In this document: piece after piece, positions 20,469-31,592 of the stretch
How positions within the stretch are numbered: position 1 is the stretch's first letter
Layout: the number at the start of each line of letters is the position of its first letter
NCBI GenBank assembly: GCA_963668675.2
Contig: CAXXMB010000002.1
Coordinates: 1,440,001 to 1,504,000, forward strand
Length of the DNA stretch: 64,000 bases
Direction of reading: 5' to 3'
Source: an uncultured Desulfatitalea sp.
Lineage (GTDB): Bacteria; Desulfobacterota; Desulfobacteria; Desulfobacterales; Desulfosarcinaceae
Notes under the pieces: generated by a model
Databases searched by the model: none
The model's input: the letters and a program-made list of their open reading frames with translations, nothing else
What the model was told of the DNA's origin: nothing
Program-made: the position numbers and the translations under genes

Positions 20469-22613
20469 TTAGCTGACACGTTCGGCATCCATGACCTGAT
20501 TGATCTTCTTGAGACCGGCCATCACCTTGGTGAGCTGTTCGGTGTCGGCCACCTCCAGAGTGAAGAAACTGGACACCATCTTGTCCTCCGATGTCTGCGT
20601 ATTGGCGCTGATGATATTGGCCCCCGCCTTGCTGATGCAGGCGGCCACATCGGCCAGCAACCCCACCCGGTCCACGGCACGAATTTTGACTTTTACAGGA
20701 AAGGGTTCGCGGGTTGCCGCATCCCACTCGACCTCGATAAGTCGTTCTGGACTGGACTTGATGGCATTGACGCATCCGGCACGGTGGACCGTCACACCAA
20801 ACCCGCGTGTGATGAACCCGATGATCGGATCGCCGGGCACCGGCTGGCAGCACTTACCGAAACGCACCAGTATATCGTCGACACCCTTGACAATAACGCC
20901 GCTGCCGATCTTTTTTTTGCGTACCCGCTCCATCAAACGATTGAGCAGGGTTTGATGCTCGTCATCTTGATCGGTTTTGGGCATCAATTTGCGCACCAGC
21001 TGCAGGGGCGTGATCTTGCCATACCCTACGGCAACGATGAGATCCTCCAGGGTCTTGAAGCCGAAATCCTCAACCACTTTGCTCATCTCCGGTGATTTGC
21101 TCTGGATGGCAAAGTTAAGCCGCACCTTGCGAAAAGCCTTTTCACACATCTCGCGCCCAAGGGTCAGGCTACGCTCCTTCTCCTGGGTCTTGATCCACTG
21201 GCGAATCTTGGAGCGCGCTTTGACCGTCTTTACAAAACTGAGCCAATCCTTGCTCGGCTGGTGCCCTTTTTGGGTAACGACGGAAACGCTTTCACCGGTC
21301 TGCAGCTGATACTTCAGCGGCACCATGCGGCCGTTGACCTTTGCGCCAACGCACTGATCTCCCACCTCCGAATGGATGGCATAGGCAAAATCCACCGGAG
21401 TCGCCCCTTTGGGAAGAGATTTGATCTCTCCTTTGGGCGTGAACACGTATACATCGTCCGGGAAAAGATCAATGCGCACGTTTTCTAAAAACTCGTCCGG
21501 ATCTTTGATGTTGGCCTGGTTCTCTACGATGTTCTGGACCCATGCAAAGGCCTCGGCCGTTTTGGGGTCCGCGGTCTTGCCCTCTTTGTAACTCCAGTGC
21601 GCGGCAATGCCCGACTTGGCCACATGATCCATGTCCCGCGTACGGATCTGGATTTCGATCCGTTCGCCGTAAGGCCCGATGACCGTGGTATGCAGCGACT
21701 GGTACATGTTGGGTTTGGGCATGCCGATGTAGTCTTTGAACTTCTTGGCAATCGGCTTCCATAGCGCGTGGACCAGTCCCAGCGCTTCATAACACTGGGG
21801 GATGGTTTCGAGGATAATCCGAAACGCGATGATATCGTAAACCTCTTCGAAATCGAGGTTCTGCTGAAGCATTTTCTGATAGATGCTGTAAGTGTTCTTA
21901 TATCTGCCAAGCACTTCACAGGGCAGCTGGTTCTCATCCATCTTGCCGCGAATGTACGTCTTGACGGTCTCGATGTACTTATCGCGCTCCTCCCTGCCCT
22001 TGGCCACCAGCCGTTCGATCCGCTCGTACTCCTCCGGCTTGATATATTTGAAGGCGATGTTCTCCAGTTCGTTCTTCATCCAGAAGATGCCAAGGCGGGC
22101 GGCAATGGGCGCATAGATATCCAGGGTCTCCTGGGCGATCTTGCGCTGCTTGACCGGGCTTTTGTGATACTGAAGGGTGCGCATGTTATGCATGCGATCA
22201 GCCAGTTTGATAAGGATGACGCGAATGTCGTCAGCCATGGCCAACAACATCTTGCGGATGCTCTCGGCTTCCCGCGCCTGGGCGCTGGAGAACGGCAGGG
22301 TGCTCAGCTTGGTAACGCCGGAGACGATGTGTCCAACTTCGGAACCGAACGTCGCTATAATCTCCTCTTCCGTGGCGTGGGTGTCTTCAATGACGTCGTG
22401 AAGCAAACCGGCGGCCACACTGACCACATCCAGCTTGAGATCGGCCAGTATTCCAGCCACCTCCAGGGGATGGGAGAGATAGGGCTCTCCCGAGAGCCGC
22501 ACCTGCCCATCGTGGACCTTGGCGGAGAAGATGTAGGAACGATCGATAAGATCCAGATCCACATCGGGATAGAATTCGGTGATCTTGTCGATAATGTCGT
22601 TGATTCGGATCAT
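20469..22613 (-). CDS. rel: bifunctional (p)ppGpp synthetase/hydrolase (long RSH)
   Basis: HD domain LHDVIED intact, YQSLHT, EIQIRT, TGS, CC, ACT domains. Confidence 0.95.
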   Translation of the reverse strand: MIRINDIIDKITEFYPDVDLDLIDRSYIFSAKVHDGQVRLSGEPYLSHPLEVAGILADLKLDVVSVAAGLLHDVIEDTHATEEEIIATFGSEVGHIVSGVTKLSTLPFSSAQAREAESIRKMLLAMADDIRVILIKLADRMHNMRTLQYHKSPVKQRKIAQETLDIYAPIAARLGIFWMKNELENIAFKYIKPEEYERIERLVAKGREERDKYIETVKTYIRGKMDENQLPCEVLGRYKNTYSIYQKMLQQNLDFEEVYDIIAFRIILETIPQCYEALGLVHALWKPIAKKFKDYIGMPKPNMYQSLHTTVIGPYGERIEIQIRTRDMDHVAKSGIAAHWSYKEGKTADPKTAEAFAWVQNIVENQANIKDPDEFLENVRIDLFPDDVYVFTPKGEIKSLPKGATPVDFAYAIHSEVGDQCVGAKVNGRMVPLKYQLQTGESVSVVTQKGHQPSKDWLSFVKTVKARSKIRQWIKTQEKERSLTLGREMCEKAFRKVRLNFAIQSKSPEMSKVVEDFGFKTLEDLIVAVGYGKITPLQLVRKLMPKTDQDDEHQTLLNRLMERVRKKKIGSGVIVKGVDDILVRFGKCCQPVPGDPIIGFITRGFGVTVHRAGCVNAIKSSPERLIEVEWDAATREPFPVKVKIRAVDRVGLLADVAACISKAGANIISANTQTSEDKMVSSFFTLEVADTEQLTKVMAGLKKINQVMDAERVS

Positions 22614-22817
22614 ATAAAAACAGTTAAAAGTGTAAAGTTATAAGTGTAAAGTGTCGGTATTCTGTCATTATACAAGCCTAACTGTTCAGCAGCACGAAAA
22701 ATGAATCGACGGCACACCTTCACGTTCTCACTTTGCGACTTTCATACTTTCCTACTCATTCTTCTCCCACACCCTGCCTGCAATTCGCTGGCCGGCGATC
22801 GTGTGAAGGCTGCTTTT

Positions 22818-24338
22818 TTAATACGCTTTCGCAAAAACCACACGTCTCGAGCTCTCTTCTCCACAGCAGATGCAACGCCCCTTCTCTTTGGGCGCATCGA
22901 ACGGGATGCAGCGGATGGTCACCGTCAGATCCTCCTTGATCTTGTTCTCACATGCATCGCTGCCGCACCAGTGGGAGAGGGCAAAGCCGCCGTGGATTTC
23001 CGGCTTTTCTCTGTTTCGAGGCGTAAAATAGTCACGAAACGCTTCGTAATCATCCATTTGGCGGGTATTTTCCTCACGGAATGTCCGGGCACGCTCGAAA
23101 AGATGGTTCTGGATCTCGTCCAGCACCGCTCCCACCTCATTGACAAATTGCTCGCGCGGCATGGCGATCTTCTCTTTGTGGGGCTTGTCACGCCGCCCCA
23201 CGAACACGGCATTGTTGGCAATGTCGCGGGGGCCTATCTCCACACGCAGCGGAACGCCTTTCTTGATCCAATCCCATCCACGGGCGCCGCCGATGTCGCG
23301 GCGGTCGACCTCCACACGCAGCGGCCGGCCGCTGTAGGCCACTTTGCCCAGATCGGCAGCGAGGCCGTCGACATAAGCGTCCACTTTGGCTCTATCCGTC
23401 TCCTTGTGAGCAATCGGCAAAAGCACGATCTGGGCAGGGGCGACTCTGGGCGGCAGGATCAGGCCATCATCATCGGCGTGCGTCATAATCACGCCGCCGA
23501 TCAGCCGGGTGGATGACCCCCAGGAGGTGGTCCATGCATACACCTCCTCCTCTTCTTTACTCTGGAAACGAATATTGGAGGCCTTGGCAAAGTTCTGTCC
23601 CAGAAAATGGGAGGTGCCGGCCTGCAGCGCTTTGCAATCCTGCATCATGGATTCGATGCACTGGGTATCGACGGCCCCGGGAAACCGTTCAGCCGCCGTT
23701 TTACTTCCCTTGATCACCGGTATGGCCAGGAAGTGTTCGGCCATGCGGGCGTACACCTCCAGCATCATGGTGGTACGTTCGAGGGCCTCTTCTGCGGTAG
23801 CGTGCGCGGTGTGGCCCTCCTGCCAGAGGAATTCGCTGGTTCGCAGAAAAATTCGGGTTCGCATCTCCCAGCGCACCACGTTGGCCCATTGATTGATCAG
23901 CAGGGGCAGGTCGCGATAACTACTCACCCACTTGGAGAAGGCGTCGCCGATGATGGTCTCCGATGTGGGGCGCACGACCAGCGGTTCGGTTAAGCGGCCG
24001 CCGGGCACCAATCCGCCCTCTGCACCCTTCTCGAGACGATGGTGGGTCACCACGGCGCACTCTTTGGCGAAACCTTCGACATGTTCGGCCTCTTTCTCCA
24101 GAAAGCTCAAGGGGATAAAGAGGGGGAAATAGGCATTTTTCACCCCGGTGGCCTTGAACATGTCGTCCATTTCACGCTGGATATTCTCCCAGAGGGCATA
24201 CCCCCAAGGCTTGATCACCATGCAACCGCGGACAGGAGACCGTTCGGCCATGTCTGAGGCGCGAACGACCTGCTGATACCACTCGGGATAATCTTCTTCG
24301 CGGGTGGGAGTGATGGCTGTTTTTACTTTTTGGGCCAT
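22818..24338 (-). CDS. proS: proline--tRNA ligase (archaeal/eukaryote-like type)
   Basis: RPTSET, QWANVVRWE, FLWQEGHT, GTSHFLGQNF, C-terminal FAKAY. Confidence 0.95.
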   Translation of the reverse strand: MAQKVKTAITPTREEDYPEWYQQVVRASDMAERSPVRGCMVIKPWGYALWENIQREMDDMFKATGVKNAYFPLFIPLSFLEKEAEHVEGFAKECAVVTHHRLEKGAEGGLVPGGRLTEPLVVRPTSETIIGDAFSKWVSSYRDLPLLINQWANVVRWEMRTRIFLRTSEFLWQEGHTAHATAEEALERTTMMLEVYARMAEHFLAIPVIKGSKTAAERFPGAVDTQCIESMMQDCKALQAGTSHFLGQNFAKASNIRFQSKEEEEVYAWTTSWGSSTRLIGGVIMTHADDDGLILPPRVAPAQIVLLPIAHKETDRAKVDAYVDGLAADLGKVAYSGRPLRVEVDRRDIGGARGWDWIKKGVPLRVEIGPRDIANNAVFVGRRDKPHKEKIAMPREQFVNEVGAVLDEIQNHLFERARTFREENTRQMDDYEAFRDYFTPRNREKPEIHGGFALSHWCGSDACENKIKEDLTVTIRCIPFDAPKEKGRCICCGEESSRRVVFAKAY

Positions 24339-24411
24339 TGTGTGGAAATCCTTTCTATCGGGTCGTGGGCGACCACCTGAAAACCGATTTAAAATTGCAT
24401 TGTCGGGCGGT

Positions 24412-25494
24412 TCACTGACTTCCGCCATGCTCCCGCTCCCAATGGTCCACCTCTTCGAGCAGGACCTTTACCAGCTGATCTTGAGGCACTTTTCGCACCA
24501 CCCTGCCCTTTTTAAAGAGGATCCCGTGGTCTTTTCCTCCGGCCACGCCGATATCCGCCTCCTTGGCTTCTCCCGGACCGTTGACGACACACCCCATGAT
24601 CGCGATTTTAATCGGCACAGTCCTCATCAGCAGGGCCCGATCGACCTCTTCGACCACCGTCATGAGGTCGATGCCGCAGCGGCCGCATGTGGGGCATGAG
24701 ACGATCTCCGGGCCATGTTGACGGATGCCCAGGGCCTTCAATATCTCGAACCCCACCCGCACCTCTTCGACGGGATCCCGGGTGAGCGACACGCGCAGCG
24801 TATCGCCGATCCCTTCGGCCAGCAGCATACCGATTCCCAGGGCGGACTTGACAACACCGGAGTAGAGTGAGCCCGCCTCGGTAACACCCACGTGCAAGGG
24901 GTAGTCGGTCCGCCCGGCCAACAGGCGGTAGGCCTCTAACGTGCGCGGCACATCCGACGCCTTGATTGAGATCTTGATCTGGTCGAAACCGACCCTTTCC
25001 AAAAGCGCCACATGCCTCATGGCGCTCTCGACCATCGCTTCAGCCGTGGCGCCATTGTAGGTTTTCAGCAGATCCTTTTCAAGCGAGCCGCCGTTCACAC
25101 CAATGCGAATGGGCAATCCCAGATCACGGGCACAATCCACCACCGCCTGTACTTTGTGATGGCCTCCGATATTGCCCGGGTTGATGCGCAAACCGTCGGC
25201 TCCCCGCTTGGCCGCTTCCAGGGCGAGCCGGTGGTCGAAATGGATATCGGCAATCAGAGGGAGCTTAATCTGTGCCTTTATATCGGAAATGGCTTCAGCC
25301 GCCTGCATGTCGGGCACCGCTACACGGATGATTTCACAGCCGGCCTCTACAAGCCGTCTGATCTGGGCGACGGTTGCGGCCACATCCTGCGTCGGCGTAT
25401 TGGTCATGGATTGCACCGTGATGGGGGCATCCCCCCCCACCCGGATATCCCCGAGGCCGATCTGGCGGCTGGTGCGGCGTTGGATGGATGACAT
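24412..25494 (-). CDS. ispG: 4-hydroxy-3-methylbut-2-en-1-yl diphosphate synthase
   Basis: VQSMTNT, ADIHFD, RINPGNIG, CPTCGR, MGCVVNGPGE. Confidence 0.96.
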   Translation of the reverse strand: MSSIQRRTSRQIGLGDIRVGGDAPITVQSMTNTPTQDVAATVAQIRRLVEAGCEIIRVAVPDMQAAEAISDIKAQIKLPLIADIHFDHRLALEAAKRGADGLRINPGNIGGHHKVQAVVDCARDLGLPIRIGVNGGSLEKDLLKTYNGATAEAMVESAMRHVALLERVGFDQIKISIKASDVPRTLEAYRLLAGRTDYPLHVGVTEAGSLYSGVVKSALGIGMLLAEGIGDTLRVSLTRDPVEEVRVGFEILKALGIRQHGPEIVSCPTCGRCGIDLMTVVEEVDRALLMRTVPIKIAIMGCVVNGPGEAKEADIGVAGGKDHGILFKKGRVVRKVPQDQLVKVLLEEVDHWEREHGGSQ

Positions 25495-25505
25495 TTTAGC
25501 GCCTG

Positions 25506-26132
25506 TTACTGCAGTCGGCAGAACGGATTGTATCTCTTCTCCTTGCCGATAGTAGTCGCCTCCATATGACCAGTGTAGACCGCCACATCGTCCGGCAGGG
25601 TGAACAGTTTGGTGTGAATGCTATTGATCAATGTGTTGAAATCGCCCCCCGGAAAATCGGTCCGTCCGATGGAGCCGGCAAACAGGGTGTCCCCGACAAA
25701 GACGCTCTTGTCGGCATAGAGTGAAATGCCGCCGGGTGTGTGGCCGGGCGTATGCAGCACCTTGAAGGTGATGTTACCCACCGTCACCGTGTCGCCGTCG
25801 TCGAGCAGTTGGTCCGGTTTGGGCGAATCCTCGGACTGCAGCCCCCACATGGCGGCTCCGCTGGAGAGTTGGTCGAGCATGGGCGCATCTTTGGGATGTA
25901 TCATCAAATCTGCACCGGTGGCCTTTTTGAGCTCCTTGTTTCCGCTCACATGGTCGAAGTGACCATGGGTGTTGACGATCACCTTGAGTGTCAATTGATC
26001 GTTGGCCAGCGCCAGCAGTATTTTATCCACGTCTCCGCCCGGATCGATCACGGCGGCATGGCGCGTCTCCTCACAACCGACGATAAAACAGTTGGCCTGA
26101 AGTGGTCCGACCGGCATGGCACGAATGATCAT
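25506..26132 (-). CDS. MBL-fold hydrolase (glyoxalase II / YcbL-like)
   Basis: THGHFDH, HTPGHTPG, GDTLFAGSIGRTD, GH. Confidence 0.9.
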   Translation of the reverse strand: MIIRAMPVGPLQANCFIVGCEETRHAAVIDPGGDVDKILLALANDQLTLKVIVNTHGHFDHVSGNKELKKATGADLMIHPKDAPMLDQLSSGAAMWGLQSEDSPKPDQLLDDGDTVTVGNITFKVLHTPGHTPGGISLYADKSVFVGDTLFAGSIGRTDFPGGDFNTLINSIHTKLFTLPDDVAVYTGHMEATTIGKEKRYNPFCRLQ

Positions 26133-26218
26133 GGCAGCAATTCCTTTCTTACGGGCGGCATTTCGAAAGCATCGCCCTACTAAATGTATCCCCACTCAGA
26201 GAGGGCCTGCACGGCCTT

Positions 26219-26695
26219 TCAAACGCCGTTGATCGCTTTGGGTTCATCCTCAGCGCCTATCCGGGGGGTCGGGATGGTCGCCAACTTTCCGCTTTCAATG
26301 GCGATGCGGATACTGTCCAGTATTCCATTGATGAACGAGCCGGACTCCGGGGAGCCGAATTTTTTCCCAATGTCGATGGCTTCGTTAATGGTGACCTTGG
26401 CAGGTATATCGGCGCAATAGAGCAGTTCGAATGTGGCCATACGAAGTATATTGCGATCCACGCAGGCCATGCGCCGCAACTTCCAATTGCTGGAGTACCC
26501 TTCAATCACGGCATCTATATCTGCTTTGTAGAGCAAAACACCGTTGACCAGGTGGTCGAAGAAAGACTGGAAACGCTTGCCGGGAGGAAAACAACGGCAG
26601 TGATCGGCGAGCGTCTCCGCAGTAAAATCACCACTCATATCCATACTGAAAAGGGCCTGCATGGCCAATTCTCTTGCAAATCGACGGGTTCCCAT
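26219..26695 (-). CDS. nusB: transcription antitermination factor NusB
   Basis: RRFARELAMQALF, DRNILR, INEAIDI.K.F, FINGILD. Confidence 0.95.
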   Translation of the reverse strand: MGTRRFARELAMQALFSMDMSGDFTAETLADHCRCFPPGKRFQSFFDHLVNGVLLYKADIDAVIEGYSSNWKLRRMACVDRNILRMATFELLYCADIPAKVTINEAIDIGKKFGSPESGSFINGILDSIRIAIESGKLATIPTPRIGAEDEPKAINGV

Positions 26696-26697
26696 AG

Positions 26698-27171
26698 CTA
26701 TATCTTTTCCACTGCACCCATCAAATTGGCCATCTCCACCGCCGCCAGGGCACTATCCCACCCCTTGTTGCCGGCTTTGCTGCCGGCGCGTTCGATGGCC
26801 TGTTCAAGCGTATCGGTGGTGACAACGCCGAAGATAATGGGCATGCCGCTCTCCATGCTGGCCGTGGCAACGCCCTTCGACACCTCTGCACTCACATAGT
26901 CGAAGTGCGGCGTGGCCCCTCGGATCACGGCGCCCAGACAGATGATCGCATCGTGTTTCGCCTGAGCCGCCAGCTTCTTTGCCAACAACGGAATCTCGAA
27001 AGCGCCCGGCACCTTGACGATATCGATATCTTCTGTCTTGGTGCCGCTGCGGGTCAATGCATCCACGGCGCCGCCGACCAGTTTGTCGGTGATAAAATCG
27101 TTGAAGCGACTTACCACGATGGCAAACTTCTTTCCCTCAGCCACAAGATTGGCTTCGATGATATTGGGCAT
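26698..27171 (-). CDS. ribH: 6,7-dimethyl-8-ribityllumazine synthase
   Basis: [24 protein letters not shown]. Confidence 0.96.
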   Translation of the reverse strand: MPNIIEANLVAEGKKFAIVVSRFNDFITDKLVGGAVDALTRSGTKTEDIDIVKVPGAFEIPLLAKKLAAQAKHDAIICLGAVIRGATPHFDYVSAEVSKGVATASMESGMPIIFGVVTTDTLEQAIERAGSKAGNKGWDSALAAVEMANLMGAVEKI

Positions 27172-27273
27172 CACTTAACCTCCGGTTGAATTACTGCTCA
27201 AACCTGTTGATATTGATTTTTCAGTCACTTCGGATGACCGCGATCGAATCCCCCGCCTGGCAGATATCGAAGA

Positions 27274-28488
27274 TTACTGCTCGACCAGCTGAAGCAGGTG
27301 TCCCATTTTGAGTTTTTTGCACTCCAGGTAGCATCGATTGTGCTCGTTGGGCGCCACCTCAATTGGGATCTGCTCCTCGATACTGAGGCCATATCCGTCC
27401 AACCCCACCATCTTCTTGGGATTGTTGGTGAGCAATCGCATCTTTCGCACCCCCAGGTTGCTGAGCATCTGGGCGCCGATGCCGTAATCACGCATGTCGT
27501 CTTTAAACCCCAGCTTTAAATTGGCCTCCACCGTGTCGAGGCCCTTTTTCAGCTGCAGTTCGTAAGCCTTCAACTTGTTGACCAGGCCGATGCCGCGCCC
27601 CTCCTGCCGCAGGTAGATGATCACGCCGGCCCCCTCTTTTTCAATCATACCCATGGCGCGATGAAGCTGATCACCGCAGTCGCAACGCAACGAACCGAAA
27701 ATATCGCCGGTCATGCACTCCGAATGGACGCGGACCAGCACCGGCTTCTCAGGATCGATTTCGCCTTTGACCAGGGCAATATGCAGCAAATCGTCCACAT
27801 CGTTCTCGAATGCGATAATCTTGAAATCTCCGCCATGCTCGGTGGGAATGGTGGTCTCCGCTGCACGGTGCACGAAAAACTCGTTACGCATGCGGTACTC
27901 GACCAGGTCGGCGATGGTCACGATGCCGATGCCGTGCTCTTCACTGAAGGTCTCCAGGGTCGGCATACGGGCCATGGTGCCGTCATCGTCCATCACTTCA
28001 CAGATGACGCCGGCCGGTGTCAAGCCTGCCAGACGGGCCAGATCCACCGACCCCTCGGTCTGTCCAACCCGGACCATGACGCCGCCGTCACGAGCGCGCA
28101 ATGGGAAGATATGCCCTGGGCGCACCAGATCTCTAGAGGTGGATCCATCCGCCACCGCCGTCAAGACGGTGGTGGCTCGATCGGCTGCTGAAATTCCGGT
28201 GGTGACACCGTGCTTGGCTTCGATAGAAACCGTGAATCCGGTCTCGAACGGCGACGTGTTGTTTTTCACCATCATCGGCAGATCCAACTGGTCGCACTTA
28301 TCACTGGTCAGAGAGAGACAGATCAGACCGCGGCCGTATTTGGCCATAAAATTGATCGCTTCGGGAGTGACCTTCTCCGCGGCCATGGTCAGGTCGCCTT
28401 CATTCTCCCGATCTTCGTCATCCACAAGGATGACCATCTTACCGGCGGCAATATCTTCGATTGCCTTTTCTACGCTGATACGTGACAT
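27274..28488 (-). CDS. ribBA: bifunctional DHBP synthase / GTP cyclohydrolase II
   Basis: [38 protein letters not shown]. Confidence 0.96.
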   Translation of the reverse strand: MSRISVEKAIEDIAAGKMVILVDDEDRENEGDLTMAAEKVTPEAINFMAKYGRGLICLSLTSDKCDQLDLPMMVKNNTSPFETGFTVSIEAKHGVTTGISAADRATTVLTAVADGSTSRDLVRPGHIFPLRARDGGVMVRVGQTEGSVDLARLAGLTPAGVICEVMDDDGTMARMPTLETFSEEHGIGIVTIADLVEYRMRNEFFVHRAAETTIPTEHGGDFKIIAFENDVDDLLHIALVKGEIDPEKPVLVRVHSECMTGDIFGSLRCDCGDQLHRAMGMIEKEGAGVIIYLRQEGRGIGLVNKLKAYELQLKKGLDTVEANLKLGFKDDMRDYGIGAQMLSNLGVRKMRLLTNNPKKMVGLDGYGLSIEEQIPIEVAPNEHNRCYLECKKLKMGHLLQLVEQ

Positions 28489-28551
28489 GATTTAAAACTC
28501 TCCTATTTCAATTTCGTGCAATGGCACGATGGCTTACGCAACTGGGCGGAT

Positions 28552-29220
28552 CTAACGATCCAAAAACCCGGATCTGGCCAAAAGGTCCATGTTGACGCCT
28601 CGGCCAGGGGCAGGCGTTTCATCCTCGTCCCGGGCATGATGCAAAAATTGTTCGACATATTTGCCGATCAGATCGGTTTCGATATTGAAAAAGCGCCCCA
28701 CGCCCTTATAACCGATGGTGGTGATCTTTGCGGTATGCGGAATGATGCTCACCTGAAAACCGTCCGAATCGCATTGATTGATGGTCAGGCTGACGCCGTC
28801 CACAGCCACCGATCCCTTTTGGATCATGTAACGGGTCAAGCCGCTGTGGGCACTGAAGGTCAACACCCAGGCATTGGCCGCAACTTGGCGATTTTCCAGT
28901 CTGGCCATGCCGTCGATATGCCCGGATACCAGGTGGCCGTCCAAACGGTCTGAGAGGCGCAAAGCACGCTCAAGGTTGACGCGCTCGCCGATTTTGAGGT
29001 TGCCGAAGGTCGTCTTGGAGAGAGTCTCGGGTGATATGTCGGCCGTAAAAGAGCGCCCCGTCATGGTGACGGCCGTCAAACAGGCGCCATTGACGGCGAT
29101 GCTGTCTCCAATGCGGGTCCCCTTCAGGTCAAAGTCGGCTTCCACCGAAAGCACCCGACCGGTGCCCGAAGCACGCATCTCCACCAGAGTTCCCATTCCC
29201 TCTATAATACCTGTGAACAT
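28552..29220 (-). CDS. ribE: riboflavin synthase alpha chain
   Basis: MFTGII, NGACLT, GHLVSGHID, DGVSLT. Confidence 0.95.
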   Translation of the reverse strand: MFTGIIEGMGTLVEMRASGTGRVLSVEADFDLKGTRIGDSIAVNGACLTAVTMTGRSFTADISPETLSKTTFGNLKIGERVNLERALRLSDRLDGHLVSGHIDGMARLENRQVAANAWVLTFSAHSGLTRYMIQKGSVAVDGVSLTINQCDSDGFQVSIIPHTAKITTIGYKGVGRFFNIETDLIGKYVEQFLHHARDEDETPAPGRGVNMDLLARSGFLDR

Positions 29221-29385
29221 ATTATCCATTGTTTGGTGTCAAACCGGTCGCGCCTGACCCCAATCTCCGTAAACCAAATCGAATCGGCGAACTTTCAAAA
29301 GGTTTAATATAAGGACGAACCGCCCATTCACAATCACCATGGCCAGCCGTTTTCCGTTTTTCTGCAACCCTTCTCCGGTCCATGT

Positions 29386-30483
29386 TCATGTCGCAACCGG
29401 ATACCCCTGAATCAAAATATCCGCCCCGACCCGCTCGACCGTGGGGTTTTCAACGGCCAAGGCCTGTTTCATCCATTCGGGGCCTGGCCCGGCACACATG
29501 GGAGTGCCATCGCCGCCCAACAATTTGGGGGCGAAGAAAAGGGATACTTTGTCGACAATGCCGAATCTCAAGGCACTACCGGCAACGGCTGCACCGCCTT
29601 CGATGAGCAGGCTCGAAATCTCCATCTCACCCAACCGTTTCACCAGATGCGCCATATCGATGCGGCCCTTGTGCAAGGGGAGTTCGAGAATTCGCGCGCC
29701 GGCGTCGCTGAGTTCCTGACGCCGCCCCTGGTCGGCCTCCGGCCCGCACACCAGATAGGTGGGTGCATTGGATTTCTGGCTGAGCATACGTGCACCCGGC
29801 GACATGGTGAGGTGCGTATCGAGCACCAGTCGAATGGGATCGACGCCATCGCCATCCGGCATCCGTGTGGTCAGCTCCGGATCGTCCGCCCTGACCGTAC
29901 CGATGCCCACCATGATGGCATCCATGTTGTGGCGCATGCGGTGCACCAATGCTCTGGCCTGATCGCCGGTCACCCAACGGGCATCTCCGCGACTCGTGGC
30001 GATGCGGCCGTCCAAGGTGGCGGCCATCTTCAGCACGACAAAGGGCTGACCGGTTTGAATGAACTTGATGAAGCTTTCGTTGAGTCGACGTGCCTCCTGC
30101 TCAAGTATCCCGCACGTCACTTCAAGGCCATGCGCTTGTAAATAAGCGTTGCCCCCACCGCGCACCCCGGGGTTGGGATCGGCCATGGCCACGACGACCC
30201 TTTTTACGCCTGCACCCAGGATCTTCTGCGTGCATGGCGGCGTGCGGCCATGATGATTGCACGGTTCAAGGGTCACATAAAGGGTCGCCCCAACCGCCCC
30301 ATCACCGGCATCGTCCAGGGCGTGAACCTCGGCGTGGGGACCGCCCACGGCCTGGTGGTATCCCTGTCCGACCAGCTGTCCGTTTCGAACCACCACCGCT
30401 CCGACCATGGGGTTGGGCGATACGCGGCCTGCTCCTTTAACGGCCAGCTCCAGGGCCTTGGCCATGTAATCATGATCGTTCAT
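29386..30483 (-). CDS. ribD: riboflavin biosynthesis deaminase/reductase
   Basis: PNPMVG, HAE, EPC.H.GRTPPC, DDPELT.R, IEGG. Confidence 0.96.
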   Translation of the reverse strand: MNDHDYMAKALELAVKGAGRVSPNPMVGAVVVRNGQLVGQGYHQAVGGPHAEVHALDDAGDGAVGATLYVTLEPCNHHGRTPPCTQKILGAGVKRVVVAMADPNPGVRGGGNAYLQAHGLEVTCGILEQEARRLNESFIKFIQTGQPFVVLKMAATLDGRIATSRGDARWVTGDQARALVHRMRHNMDAIMVGIGTVRADDPELTTRMPDGDGVDPIRLVLDTHLTMSPGARMLSQKSNAPTYLVCGPEADQGRRQELSDAGARILELPLHKGRIDMAHLVKRLGEMEISSLLIEGGAAVAGSALRFGIVDKVSLFFAPKLLGGDGTPMCAGPGPEWMKQALAVENPTVERVGADILIQGYPVAT

Positions 30484-30610
30484 CTGTTTGCCGCCCCTGG
30501 CTGCCTCACCTGACTGTCATCCCCTGTTCGCCCCCAGGCAACGCAATCTGCCGATGCGTCGCTCTCTCCCGGTCTACCCGAGCGATGCGCCCATCTGTCC
30601 GCAACCACTT

Positions 30611-31066
30611 TCAACGCTCGCTCAAAAGCGTCTTCAGCTCGGACACAAAGTCATTCACATCCTTAAACTCACGATACACCGAAGCGAAACGCACATAGGC
30701 AATATCGTTGAGGCCGTGCAGCCGCACCATGATCTTCTCCCCGATCATGCGGGATGGGATCTCCTTCTCTCCAGTCTCACGCAGATCACGTTCGAGGTCA
30801 TCGATAAAATCTTCGATAACGTTCATGCTGATGTCCAGCTTCTGACACGCCTTCTGCAATCCGTCACGCACCTTCTCGCGGCTGAAGACCTCCCGACGCC
30901 CATCTTTCTTCACGATCATAATGGGAATCTCTTCGATGTGCTCGTAGGTGGTAAACCGCCTGGTGCAATCGGTGCACTCCCGGCGCCTACGGATTACCGC
31001 GCCATCCTTGCTCACACGCGAATCGATCACCTTGTTGTCCATCTCCCCACAAAACGGACACTTCAT
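30611..31066 (-). CDS. nrdR: transcriptional repressor NrdR
   Basis: [33 protein letters not shown]; start reassigned to ATG 31066. Confidence 0.96.
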   Translation of the reverse strand: MKCPFCGEMDNKVIDSRVSKDGAVIRRRRECTDCTRRFTTYEHIEEIPIMIVKKDGRREVFSREKVRDGLQKACQKLDISMNVIEDFIDDLERDLRETGEKEIPSRMIGEKIMVRLHGLNDIAYVRFASVYREFKDVNDFVSELKTLLSER

Positions 31067-31542
31067 GGACGCACCTCCGTCTGGCTGCTTGGCAATTTGA
31101 CAAGTTCCACTTCGGCTTCGGCCAACATCTCTTTCGATATGGAATCCGCATAACCGGACTGGTATACAATCCGAACGATACCGGCGTTGATGATCATCTT
31201 GGCACAGATCGAACAAGGCAAGTTTGTGCAAAAAAGATCGGCGCCTTTGATGGAAACCCCGTGGTAGGCCGCTTGAATAATGGCGTTCTGTTCGGCGTGG
31301 ATACCCCGGCACAGTTCGTGGCGCTCCCCCGAAGGCACGTTCAACTGCTCCCGAAGGCAACCCACCTCTGCACAATGGCGTACATGGCTTGGTGCACCGT
31401 TGTATCCGGTGGCAAGCACTCGCCTCTCTTTCACGATGATGGCGCCGACAGCCCTGCGCAGACAGGTGGCGCGCTTGGCAACCAGGCAGGTGATGTCCAT
31501 AAAATAGTTGTCCCAGGTGGGCCTCTCAATGGGGTGCATCAT
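31063..31542 (-). CDS. deoxycytidylate deaminase (ComEB-like)
   Basis: RPTWD.YFM, TGYNG, HAEQNA, PCSIC. Confidence 0.92.
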   Translation of the reverse strand: MMHPIERPTWDNYFMDITCLVAKRATCLRRAVGAIIVKERRVLATGYNGAPSHVRHCAEVGCLREQLNVPSGERHELCRGIHAEQNAIIQAAYHGVSIKGADLFCTNLPCSICAKMIINAGIVRIVYQSGYADSISKEMLAEAEVELVKLPSSQTEVRP

Positions 31543-31592
31543 AATTCATTACCTTCATCGCTGCTGTCGGTGCTGACGTCCTATCTACGAAA

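Noticed and set aside
30484..30610. FMN riboswitch upstream of ribD
   Set aside because: No RFN consensus segments on the minus strand; the rib genes appear embedded in a longer operon.
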